This document shows, one piece after another, positions 1-6,233 of a DNA stretch of 14,403 bases. The first letter of the stretch is position 1; each line of letters opens with the position of its first letter. The notes under the pieces are model-generated. The model worked only from the letters and a program-made list of their open reading frames with translations, was not told the DNA's origin and searched no databases. This DNA is from a virus: IMG/VR virus record IMGVR_UViG_3300035703_000645; one strand, written 5' to 3'. Made by a program: the position numbers and the translations under genes.

Positions 1-127
1 TAAGTTTTACTGGAGCTGGCTGGATTGAACCTTTAGCGAATACGACTTTTCCAGTCGATGCGTTCGCTTCTTCATCGAATGCGACGATGCGCCCGCTAAT
101 AGTGCGCGAGTTAGAATCTGCCGCTGT
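1..127. repeat. Terminal direct repeat, copy 1 (identical to 14277..14403); marks a circular or terminally redundant contig
   Basis: Base-by-base comparison: taagttttactggagctggctggattgaacc...gaatctgccgctgt occurs at both window ends. The repeat lies inside a coding region. Confidence 0.95.
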
Positions 128-154
128 GATGTTCATAGGTGTAGTTATTTTCAT
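1..154 (-). CDS. 5' segment of the prohead protease / major capsid fusion gene (continues at 14276 after circularisation)
   Basis: Reverse-strand reading from ATG 154..152 gives MKITTPMNITAADSNSRTISGRIVAFDEEANASTGKVVFAKGSIQPAPVKL, which joins in frame to N-LEHDRTRPIGK at 14276. ATG 154..152 forms an ATGA overlap with the portal stop at 151..153. A second in-frame ATG lies at 136..134. The G-x-(I/V)-x-F...HD...PIG pattern fits the N-terminus of HK97-type (S78/U35) prohead proteases. Confidence 0.8.
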   Translation of the reverse strand, partial: MKITTPMNITAADSNSRTISGRIVAFDEEANASTGKVVFAKGSIQPAPVKL

Positions 155-1260
155 AGAAGTAGATCCTCTTCTTCGCGGATTTCATCGATGCTCATCGCAC
201 CAATTCGATTTAGGATTTCGTAAACTTGCGCGCGCTCCATTGGATTACCGCGTAAGAAATCATCTAGATCGAACTTTACGTCCTGACCCAAGGGAGTAAA
301 GTCCGATAAAGATAAACGCTGCTCGATCGCTGTCATAAGCGGACGCAGCGAATAATCGATAAGAGAACGACGTTCGCTTACTGCATTCGAGTAAGTAAAA
401 CTGTTCGGTTCTGCACTTGCGAAATAAGCTGGAAGACCAGCGGCGCGACATAACTCCAGGGCTAAGTAGCCACGAGCTTCGTTAAGTTGAAGATTCTTAG
501 GATCATAACCGACAGTCTCGATCGACACGTCGCCGTTCAAGAATGTAACAGCTTTAGAAGTACGATTCTTAAACGCTGCTACTAATGCGGCTACACGATC
601 TTTCGGAAGTGCTACGCCAGAGTTCTTTAGAATCGTCTGCGGATTAGGATTGATCGCGAAGTCGTAAGCTGTTTTCTCTAATGCCGAAGCTGCGCGAATA
701 GTACGTCCCGCGCGGTTTAAGATTCCTTCATCGAGTCCAGTAAAAACGACTAATTCGCTTGGATCGATTGGCATTCCATCGACAGAATAACTGTCGATCT
801 CTGTTCCGTTAGCGTTTGTCGTAACAGTTACGCGAACAGGATCGATTCTTTCCATCGCTTGAATGCGACCAGTGTCCGCATAGCGAGCCATTACGCGCGC
901 ATAACCGTAACCAGTGAACAGTAAATCTTCTGCGAGCCATGACCAGAATGCCGATCCCGCGATGCGTGGATCTGGCTGATTTATAACACGTGGCTGTTGC
1001 ACTTTCTCGCCAGTTGCGACGTTGCGAGTGTGCATCTCGAAAGAGCCGATAGTCGTGCAGATAATGTTACGCGCGCGAGCTAAAGCTGGAACGCCCATCG
1101 CTTCGGTACGTGTAGCGGTTTGATTACCCATGAAGTAATAACCGCCGAGAGAGTTAAGAGTGTTTACAGGATAAAGAGACTCCGCGGCTTCGATGCTTAT
1201 AGAAGCTTCTGGAGAAGCGGCAGCTTTAACCGTCGGAACGAATAGATCGAGTAATCCCAT
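151..1260 (-). CDS. Portal protein (HK97-family-like)
   Basis: 369-aa ORF directly downstream of the large terminase and upstream of the protease/capsid gene. Size and synteny are typical of HK97-family portals. ATG at 1260..1258. Confidence 0.85.
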   Translation of the reverse strand: MGLLDLFVPTVKAAASPEASISIEAAESLYPVNTLNSLGGYYFMGNQTATRTEAMGVPALARARNIICTTIGSFEMHTRNVATGEKVQQPRVINQPDPRIAGSAFWSWLAEDLLFTGYGYARVMARYADTGRIQAMERIDPVRVTVTTNANGTEIDSYSVDGMPIDPSELVVFTGLDEGILNRAGRTIRAASALEKTAYDFAINPNPQTILKNSGVALPKDRVAALVAAFKNRTSKAVTFLNGDVSIETVGYDPKNLQLNEARGYLALELCRAAGLPAYFASAEPNSFTYSNAVSERRSLIDYSLRPLMTAIEQRLSLSDFTPLGQDVKFDLDDFLRGNPMERAQVYEILNRIGAMSIDEIREEEDLLL

Positions 1261-1287
1261 GCCGCAATTCTAGAGAAGCCTTTACAT

Positions 1288-2805
1288 CTATCCGACCATG
1301 ATGTCAAGATCCATCGGCGGGCGTGTCGCGTAGTGTGTGACGAGTGCAGTCGCAACCGTCGCGCAGACAGTCGACTGCGAAGCTCTCCGTCCGATAGTCC
1401 AGCCACCATCGCCGAACGGAAGTCTCGCAGCTGAGAGAATCTGTTTCGAGAGTTCTGTCTGTTTCGGATCGTGACGTAATCTCTTCGATGTGATCGCTCC
1501 TAACAGTTCGTCGCAAGCTTGGCCATACAGTGCGCCGTCGATGTCCGAGATCGGAATACCCGCTGGAACTAATCGCGCCGCAATAGCCGAAGCAGTTCTC
1601 TTAGAATAAGCCACTGTCTCGACTGGATACTGTTTCGTATAAGGAGCGATGTCGTTAGCGATCGCTTTATCGTCCAAGTTAATCGGATTATGCCAAGTGT
1701 GAAGAAGCTTTACGAAGAATCGCTCGTCGTCGATCTGTTGGGCGGCGACTAACGCAGCGTCGCGGCGATTCGGACTTACGTCTACACCTAGCCAAGTTGT
1801 CTTCTCTGGATCAAGCTCTAAGCCTTCTTCTCCACACTGATTCCACTCTTCGGCTGGAATAGCTGCCGAAATTGTGGCGACCCATCTACAGAGGACTTCT
1901 GTCTTTACGACGTCTGGCGGATCGTTAAGAACCGCCCGAATGTTATCGATGTGGACTGTATGGCCCAGAGCTGGATTCGCCATTGCCGCACCTTTCCAGA
2001 ATGCGGGAGTGTCGTCGATCTTGTCGTAGTTGCTTGACCATTCATAGTAAGCGATGTCGTCGCCTTTCGCGGCAGACATTCCACGCTCGCGAAGTGCGTT
2101 AAGAACTAAAGAATGCTGGTCTCCCGCATTCGACAGCGTCCAGAGCTGCGGATTTTTCGCCGCCATCATGGTATAGCGCAAGCTGGCCCAAGTGGACTCG
2201 TCTTTTAGTTCGCGGGTCTCGTCCACGAATACGGTCTCGGGCTTGGAAATACCGCGAGCAGCTGAGCCGCCAGCTTTAACCATGTAACGACCGCCGCCGA
2301 AATCGGATTTAAGCTCGATCTCTTCTGAGCCATGCGCCCAGCGGATTCTCTTTACTTGTCTGGCCAGATGTTCGTTCTCTTCGATCATGTTAACGATGTC
2401 TCTAAAAGTTTCCAGTGACGTCGTAAGTCGATGAGCTGTTCCGATCTGTAGACCGTCCTGCCATAAGAAGAGACCAGCTAAAGCTCTGACTTTCATGAGC
2501 GTAGTCTTACCCTGTTGTCTTGCGACGACGACGCAGACCAGAGGCGAGTGCCAGCGGCCGTCTGGCTTGACTCTGTGGGCTTCCATGGCGACCCACTTCT
2601 GCCAAGGTAGAAGCGGAAGCTTGATACTGTCCGCAAAATCGATCAATTCTTGCCCGCGTGACGGTAGATCTACGAGTTTAGAGTGGATTCTTGGAGTCGG
2701 AGAGCCTAGATAGAGTCCTGTAGTTCCCTCTAAAACCGATGTAGGCCGATCTGAGCCAGTTTGAGGCTTCTGGTGTCCTTTTGGGTCTTCTGCGTGGCTA
2801 TTCAT
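1288..2805 (-). CDS. terL: Terminase large subunit
   Basis: 505-aa ORF. It has an LPWQKW motif followed by a Walker A-like ARQQGKTT, then an acidic FVDE (Walker B-like) motif and a C-terminal nuclease-sized domain. It sits in an HNH-TerL-portal arrangement. Confidence 0.9.
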   Translation of the reverse strand: MNSHAEDPKGHQKPQTGSDRPTSVLEGTTGLYLGSPTPRIHSKLVDLPSRGQELIDFADSIKLPLLPWQKWVAMEAHRVKPDGRWHSPLVCVVVARQQGKTTLMKVRALAGLFLWQDGLQIGTAHRLTTSLETFRDIVNMIEENEHLARQVKRIRWAHGSEEIELKSDFGGGRYMVKAGGSAARGISKPETVFVDETRELKDESTWASLRYTMMAAKNPQLWTLSNAGDQHSLVLNALRERGMSAAKGDDIAYYEWSSNYDKIDDTPAFWKGAAMANPALGHTVHIDNIRAVLNDPPDVVKTEVLCRWVATISAAIPAEEWNQCGEEGLELDPEKTTWLGVDVSPNRRDAALVAAQQIDDERFFVKLLHTWHNPINLDDKAIANDIAPYTKQYPVETVAYSKRTASAIAARLVPAGIPISDIDGALYGQACDELLGAITSKRLRHDPKQTELSKQILSAARLPFGDGGWTIGRRASQSTVCATVATALVTHYATRPPMDLDIMVG

Positions 2806-3130
2806 GCTTTATCGAGTCGTTTGGTGGTGAAAGAAGACCTCGGGAGAGAGTGGCGGTGGAACTCCCATCAAAAAAAACACCACCCACCTTTTTCTTCGCA
2901 AGATCCATCTCTTCGGGCAAGCGATCTTGACGACTAAAGTTACATCGCTTACATGCTGCGACTAAGTTATCGGGATCATCTGACCCGCCTCTAGCTACTG
3001 GAATTACATGGTCGCACGTGTTGGCCTCTTGGCCACACCAAAAGCAGATCCAGCCGTCACGATTAAGGATTCGTAGACGTAGTTTCTTCCACTGTGTCGA
3101 GTTGCTCTTACGCTGAGAGTGTAGAGTCAT
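2798..3130 (-). CDS. HNH endonuclease
   Basis: CFWCG...CDHVIPVARGGSDDPDNLVAACKRCNFSRQDR is a classic HNH (beta-beta-alpha-Me) motif with two CxxC pairs. I prefer ATG 3130..3128, which forms a TAATG overlap with the upstream stop. The ORF track instead starts at a TTG at 3163. The 3' end overlaps the terL start by 8 nt. Confidence 0.88.
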   Translation of the reverse strand: MTLHSQRKSNSTQWKKLRLRILNRDGWICFWCGQEANTCDHVIPVARGGSDDPDNLVAACKRCNFSRQDRLPEEMDLAKKKVGGVFFDGSSTATLSRGLLSPPNDSIKHE

Positions 3131-3696
3131 TAGTAATAGTTCCGTTCTTGATGGAATGCCCAAGCTTTACAGCTCGTACCATAACGATTCGTAATGTATT
3201 TAAGAGTAGCGTCTATCTGACGATAAGGGTCTAGATCTCTGTAATGCTTAGATCGCATCTGGCCTAGTCCGAAGTGACTACCGTTCTTCGCTAAGTAGTA
3301 CCATCGAGATTCTTTAGTAATGATTCTGTTAAAGCATTGGAACTCTTTATAATCCAAGATCCGAGAATGAGCGTAGAGCTTTAGATGATCTACTGAGTAA
3401 TTAGCTGCTTGGGCAGAGTTAGACCCTAGCTGAGCGATGAGCGCGATTAGAGATAACAGAAGAGCAGACTTTTTATTTATCGCTTTTTTATCTTTAACTT
3501 TTAAGACTGAAAGAACTTCATTCTGTCTAAATAGTTTCAAGGCTCTCTGTGTCTGTATGCGTCCAGCGTACACCCACCGACCAAGCATTTCGAGCGCGTG
3601 GCGTGTTTGTGTCCTGATAACAGTTTGATAACGATTTGATAACGAAATGTTATAAATGGATCTCCACAGTGTGGATCTAGCCTGTGGATAAGTCAT
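3130..3696 (-). CDS. Secreted or membrane-anchored lytic transglycosylase-like (SLT / lysozyme-like) protein; start codon uncertain
   Basis: A hydrophobic segment SALLLSLIALIAQLGSNSAQA follows a Lys-rich stretch, which looks like a signal peptide or signal anchor. The C-terminal domain has ITKESRWYYLAKNGSHFGLGQM (catalytic E-S and GLxQ) and ends QIDATLKYITNRYGTSCKAWAFHQERNYY, typical of small SLT/IsaA-like transglycosylases. ATG 3696 forms an ATGA overlap with the upstream stop, but the first ~65 codons cover the repeat and DnaA-box region. In-frame alternative starts are ATG 3588, GTG 3573 and TTG 3540. Confidence 0.6.
   Translation of the reverse strand: MTYPQARSTLWRSIYNISLSNRYQTVIRTQTRHALEMLGRWVYAGRIQTQRALKLFRQNEVLSVLKVKDKKAINKKSALLLSLIALIAQLGSNSAQAANYSVDHLKLYAHSRILDYKEFQCFNRIITKESRWYYLAKNGSHFGLGQMRSKHYRDLDPYRQIDATLKYITNRYGTSCKAWAFHQERNYY
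3613..3645. repeat. Three tandem 11-bp units with a TGATAAC core (CCTGATAACAG / TTTGATAACGA / TTTGATAACGA)
   Basis: TGATAAC occurs at 3615, 3626 and 3637, exactly 11 bp (one helical turn) apart. Units 2 and 3 are identical. The period is not a multiple of 3, so this is not a peptide repeat. Confidence 0.85.
3660..3691. promoter_or_regulatory. Cluster of DnaA-box-like 9-mers (one perfect TTATCCACA, two 7/9 matches forming an inverted pair)
   Basis: 3683..3691 tgtggataa is the reverse complement of TTATCCACA (9/9). 3670..3678 tgtggatct is the reverse complement of AGATCCACA (7/9). 3660..3668 ATCTCCACA matches 7/9. The latter two form the palindrome TCCACA-g-TGTGGA, and each contains a GATC. 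Confidence 0.5.
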
Positions 3697-3869
3697 GGCT
3701 TACCGCCCCAGCCGTTACCCTTAAACACGATCCCACCAAGCGAGTAAATGCGCTTCATAGGGACAGTGCAATTCGGACAGTATGGATCTCTGGCCAGTGT
3801 GTCCTCGATTGGACGCTGGACTTCTAGCTCTTTACTACACACTTCGCACCTGTATTCATAGGTCGCCAT
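3693..3869 (-). CDS. FmdB-family (CxxC_CxxC_SSSS) zinc-ribbon protein, 58 aa
   Basis: MATYEYRCEVC...(17)...CPNC...FKGNGWG matches the FmdB-type zinc-ribbon signature (M-x-x-YEY-x-C-x2-C ... C-P-x-C ... f-k-G-x-G-f/w). ATG 3869 is preceded by GGAG 8 nt upstream. The ORF track begins 4 codons earlier at a TTG. Confidence 0.75.
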   Translation of the reverse strand: MATYEYRCEVCSKELEVQRPIEDTLARDPYCPNCTVPMKRIYSLGGIVFKGNGWGGKP

Positions 3870-4017
3870 TAGCTTCTCCAATTAGTGCCACCGTCATAGT
3901 CGAGCAGACGCAGCACTGGATCGTCTTTACATTCTCTGGAAGATTATCTGTAATTACACGAATGAGTTGCTGGGTGTCCTTCTTGCACACTCGGCACTTA
4001 AAGCGCAGCTTGTCCAT
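3856..4017 (-). CDS. Unlisted 53-aa Cys4 zinc-ribbon-like protein (MDKLRFKCRVCKKDTQQLIRVITDNLPENVKTIQCCVCSTMTVALIGEANGDL)
   Basis: I translated this by hand. ATG 4017..4015 is preceded by AAGGGAG with a 5-nt spacer. CxxC at residues 8-11 and CCxC at 35-38. It fills the 116-bp apparent gap between 3881 and 3998 and overlaps both neighbours (20 nt and 14 nt), as other junctions in this genome do. The stop is TGA at 3858..3856. Confidence 0.65.
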   Translation of the reverse strand: MDKLRFKCRVCKKDTQQLIRVITDNLPENVKTIQCCVCSTMTVALIGEANGDL

Positions 4018-4492
4018 AGTTACTCCCTTTTAGATTCTCGATCGGCTGTAAGTTCTTCTGGTCGACCCACCATGTCGGCTGCTTAGAGTTTTTATACTTA
4101 GGCCGCTTGGCCATGGCTACAGGTATCCAGCCCGCTAATCGGTAATTCGGCGATGTACCTACGACGAGAATCGCTACATCTGTCTGGCGATCATTCTCAT
4201 AGACGATAAGCTGACCAGATTCGTAACGCGTCCACTTCACTTCGATAAAGCTTCCGACATCTGCCGTTTTCTTAAACTGTGATGACCTTGGATCGAAGTC
4301 GATGTAACCAAGGTAGCGAGCGACCAAGATCTCGGCGACTATTGATTCGGCCACTTGCGCGACATAATCATGGAAGCCGAGTTGTCTGTCGTATCGACTA
4401 GAGGCGTCTGGGTGTCCTTGGATCTGTGCAATTCGTTCCAGAGCTACAGTGTGGGCTAGGACCTTATCTTCGATCGTGGGCTTTACCTTCAT
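3998..4492 (-). CDS. Putative PD-(D/E)xK-fold nuclease, 164 aa
   Basis: AESIVAEILVARYLGY ... ADVGSFIEVKWT gives an E...D-x(n)-E-x-K arrangement typical of the restriction-endonuclease-like or Hjc-like fold. ATGA overlap with the upstream gene. Confidence 0.45.
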   Translation of the reverse strand: MKVKPTIEDKVLAHTVALERIAQIQGHPDASSRYDRQLGFHDYVAQVAESIVAEILVARYLGYIDFDPRSSQFKKTADVGSFIEVKWTRYESGQLIVYENDRQTDVAILVVGTSPNYRLAGWIPVAMAKRPKYKNSKQPTWWVDQKNLQPIENLKGSNYGQAAL

Positions 4493-4680
4493 CTACAGTC
4501 ACCGCAGAGCCAAGTTAATTTTTCTCCGCCTTGTCCCTTGGTATAACCAAAAGCGTCCAGCTTCTTTAGCTTGGCGCAGCTGTCGCACTGTTCGATTTTA
4601 TACTCGGCTATAACTTCGCCATTCTGTAAAAGCTTGGCTGTCATTGATTGCGGATAGATGATCTCGATTAAGTCGCTCAT
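4489..4680 (-). CDS. Small Cys4 zinc-ribbon protein, 63 aa
   Basis: MSDLIEII...EQCDSC...(25)...LCGDCR has two CxxC pairs. I prefer ATG 4680, which lies 2 nt after the upstream stop (TAAAGATG). The longer form in the ORF track would overlap the upstream gene by 58 nt. Confidence 0.6.
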   Translation of the reverse strand: MSDLIEIIYPQSMTAKLLQNGEVIAEYKIEQCDSCAKLKKLDAFGYTKGQGGEKLTWLCGDCR

Positions 4681-4682
4681 CT

Positions 4683-5345
4683 TTATACCTGTGGCTTCCA
4701 CTTGCCATCGCTGGCTAAGACGTACCAGAGCGGCGTACATTGATCGGCCTTAGCCTTTTCGACGCAGAACCACCCGCCCCAAGCTTTACCAGTCTTAGCT
4801 TCGCCAGTCTTAAAGATTCGATGTCCATGGCCGCACTGTGGAGCTTCTGCCACTAGCTCTCCGCCCAGCTGCTTCTTTATCTCGTCCATCGAAGATCCAA
4901 GGCTGGGGATTCCGCTCTGCTCGGCTTCTTCTGCCGTCTTATAGCTTGGCACTTCGCCGAACTTCTGAGTCCAAGGATCGTAATCGTCCGCTGTTGAGTT
5001 AGCGACCTTCGCGCTAATCGTCTCGACTTTCTCCATGTCCTGACGAGTCGGCCGCTTGTCTGATCCAAGTAGTAAGCCGATAGCTCTACCGATCGCAGAC
5101 GTAACAGTGTCCTCGACGAAGAACTTCTTCATGTTGACGTTATAGGTCGCCACGTTACCGAATGCGTAGTCTGTAGCTGACGGCTGTAGATCCTCGTACT
5201 CGCGGAAGATCTGGGCTTGGATAAGGACGTAACCCTTTTCGGCGTTAAAGTCGATGATGTTCGTCTGAACTCTAGCTGTAGGGTGTGTCAACCATAAGCG
5301 GGCAATTCTGGCCGCTACGTCTTCGTAATTGTCTAAAAAGCTCAT
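4683..5345 (-). CDS. Hypothetical DNA-binding protein: possible Rad52/Sak-like ssDNA-annealing core plus a C-terminal Cys/His-rich domain
   Basis: The N-terminal ~100 aa end in FVEDTVTSAIGRAIGLLLG, which resembles the E-x-x-x-T-x-A-x-G-R-A-L-x-x-x-G signature of small phage Rad52/Sak-type annealases. The C-terminus carries CGHGH...WFC...QC. This is motif-level recognition only. Confidence 0.3.
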   Translation of the reverse strand: MSFLDNYEDVAARIARLWLTHPTARVQTNIIDFNAEKGYVLIQAQIFREYEDLQPSATDYAFGNVATYNVNMKKFFVEDTVTSAIGRAIGLLLGSDKRPTRQDMEKVETISAKVANSTADDYDPWTQKFGEVPSYKTAEEAEQSGIPSLGSSMDEIKKQLGGELVAEAPQCGHGHRIFKTGEAKTGKAWGGWFCVEKAKADQCTPLWYVLASDGKWKPQV

Positions 5346-5500
5346 TAGCGCACGTCCTTAGCTGCGTGACGTGATACGGCTCGACCGCGCTTAAAGCCTT
5401 CTCGCTGGCCTTCTCTGTAACCGACCGAATAGCTCATAGCTGCCCACAGAATGCCCGCTATAGCCATGAGAACGAATAGTCCTAATTCACTTGATGTCAT
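5345..5500 (-). CDS. Small single-pass membrane protein, 51 aa
   Basis: MTSSELGLFVLMAIAGILWAAMSY is followed by a basic tail. ATG 5500 is preceded by GGGAGC with a 5-nt spacer. The extra 19 N-terminal residues in the ORF track cover the hairpin region and are unlikely to be coding. Confidence 0.55.
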   Translation of the reverse strand: MTSSELGLFVLMAIAGILWAAMSYSVGYREGQREGFKRGRAVSRHAAKDVR

Positions 5501-5505
5501 TACTT

Positions 5506-5541
5506 GCTCCCGATACTGGGAGCGACGTTCGCGCTCCCGAT
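5506..5541 (-). promoter_or_regulatory. Two mutually exclusive RNA hairpins that share one CGCUCCC arm; one of them occludes the Shine-Dalgarno sequence of the 51-aa gene
   Basis: Minus-strand RNA reads GGGAGCG(5538..5532)-CGAACGU-CGCUCCC(5524..5518)-AGUAUC-GGGAGC(5511..5506)-AAGUA-AUG(5500). The central arm can pair with the upstream decoy (7 bp) or with the true SD (6 bp). The 9-bp direct repeat GCTCCCGAT occurs at 5506 and 5533. Confidence 0.45.
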
Positions 5542-5570
5542 GTAAAGAGTGAAGCAAGAACGCGTCTAGG

Positions 5571-5990
5571 TCAAGATTCCCGCTTATCTGTCGGCGTGTC
5601 GATTGGTGTTTTCGGCTTGGACTTTAATCCATTACCGGCAAGAACTCCGCCTAGGGATCCAGTTAAGAAGATCGAAAGAGTCTTTAGAAGATCGATAAAG
5701 GCCGCATCGTTTGGAGCTTGCGCTCCGATCGGCTGTGTAACGAAGATAAGCGCGTAAGTAATTCCAAGCGTTACGATCAAAAAGACAGCGGCTAAAGTTG
5801 CGCCGATGATAAGAATAAGAGTCGCGTGGACTTCTTCTGGGCTACGGCGTCGAGCTGGCCTCTGGAGCTTCTTCTCCAAGGACGTCTTTAGTGCAAGTTC
5901 CAGTAGGGACGCATTCTGGCGGCTGACACCGCGGCTCTTTCCAGTTTTCATAATCTTGGCATTCGTAGCGAATCCAGCCCTGATAACCAC
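5571..5990 (-). CDS. Two-TM membrane protein (holin- or antiholin-like); start uncertain (GTG 5990, ATG 5951 or TTG 5879)
   Basis: The C-terminal ~85 aa contain ATLILIIGATLAAVFLIVTLGITYALIFV and LLKTLSIFLTGSLGGVLAGNGL, followed by a charged tail. The N-terminal ~50 codons overlap the lipoprotein ORF out of frame. A TTG 5879 start would give MEKKLQRPARRRSPEE followed by the first TM. Confidence 0.55.
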   Translation of the reverse strand: MVIRAGFATNAKIMKTGKSRGVSRQNASLLELALKTSLEKKLQRPARRRSPEEVHATLILIIGATLAAVFLIVTLGITYALIFVTQPIGAQAPNDAAFIDLLKTLSIFLTGSLGGVLAGNGLKSKPKTPIDTPTDKRES

Positions 5991-6051
5991 ACGCAGACAG
6001 CCCAGCCGAAAGGACTAAGGCCAGACCGCCCGCGAGTAGTCTCCGAGTCAC
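5842..6051 (-). CDS. Small Cys-rich lipoprotein, 69-aa precursor
   Basis: (V)TRRLLAGGLALVLSAGLSAC has Arg-Arg, a hydrophobic core and a lipobox L-S-A-C. The mature 49 aa carry 5 Cys, including the lipidated one, and are Pro-rich (CQPPECVPTGTC). The GTG start forms a GTGA overlap with the holin stop. Confidence 0.6.
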   Translation of the reverse strand: MTRRLLAGGLALVLSAGLSACGYQGWIRYECQDYENWKEPRCQPPECVPTGTCTKDVLGEEAPEASSTP

Positions 6052-6233
6052 TTCCCCGTAGACCCGAAAGCTGTGTCTTTAGGATTAAGCCAGCGCAAGA
6101 TAACAGGCAGAACAGCGGCTAAGCCAGCCATTCCGATCGCTTTAGGATCTGTTACGCCCGCCATGTAAACAGCAATAGACGCAGCTAAGAAGCTACGCGC
6201 CCAGCTTGCGAGTAACGCTTTTAAGCTTTCCAT
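6048..6233 (-). CDS. Holin (r1t/LL-H-like, two hydrophobic segments), 61 aa
   Basis: MESLKALLASWARSFLAASIAVYMAGV...AIGMAGLAAVLPVILRWLNPKD. ATG 6233 is preceded by AAGGAG with a 7-nt spacer. It lies immediately downstream of the endolysin and overlaps it by 41 nt. Confidence 0.65.
   Translation of the reverse strand: MESLKALLASWARSFLAASIAVYMAGVTDPKAIGMAGLAAVLPVILRWLNPKDTAFGSTGK

Noticed and set aside
1-127. The 127-bp terminal repeat read as a biological element (LTR, att site, or the physical DTR of the virion DNA)
   Set aside because: The repeat lies inside the protease/capsid coding sequence, and joining the ends restores one intact ORF. An overlap of exactly 127 bp is what a k=127 de Bruijn assembler produces for a circular path. 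I treat it as evidence of circular closure, not as a mobile-element boundary.
1828-1836. An additional near-consensus DnaA box, TTCTCCACA, inside terL
   Set aside because: It is an isolated single 8/9 match within a coding sequence, with no neighbouring boxes or repeats, which is consistent with chance.
3648-3660. TATAAC (minus strand), a -10-like hexamer between the DnaA-box cluster and the 11-bp repeats
   Set aside because: The sequence 17 bp upstream (GATCCA) is a poor -35. I cannot support a promoter call from sequence alone.
5569-5574. TTGACC (minus strand), a -35-like hexamer in the 70-bp spacer before the 51-aa gene
   Set aside because: No acceptable -10 hexamer lies 16-19 bp downstream (the candidates are CACTCT and ACTCTT). 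A lone -35-like hexamer is expected by chance.
5842-5990. Frameshift fusion of the lipoprotein ORF to the two-TM ORF, which would give a unimolecular-spanin-like protein (N-terminal lipid anchor plus C-terminal TM)
   Set aside because: Moving from the lipoprotein frame to the TM-protein frame needs a +1 (or -2) shift. I saw no recognisable shift-prone site in the overlap. Independent initiation (ATG 5951 or TTG 5879) is the simpler explanation.
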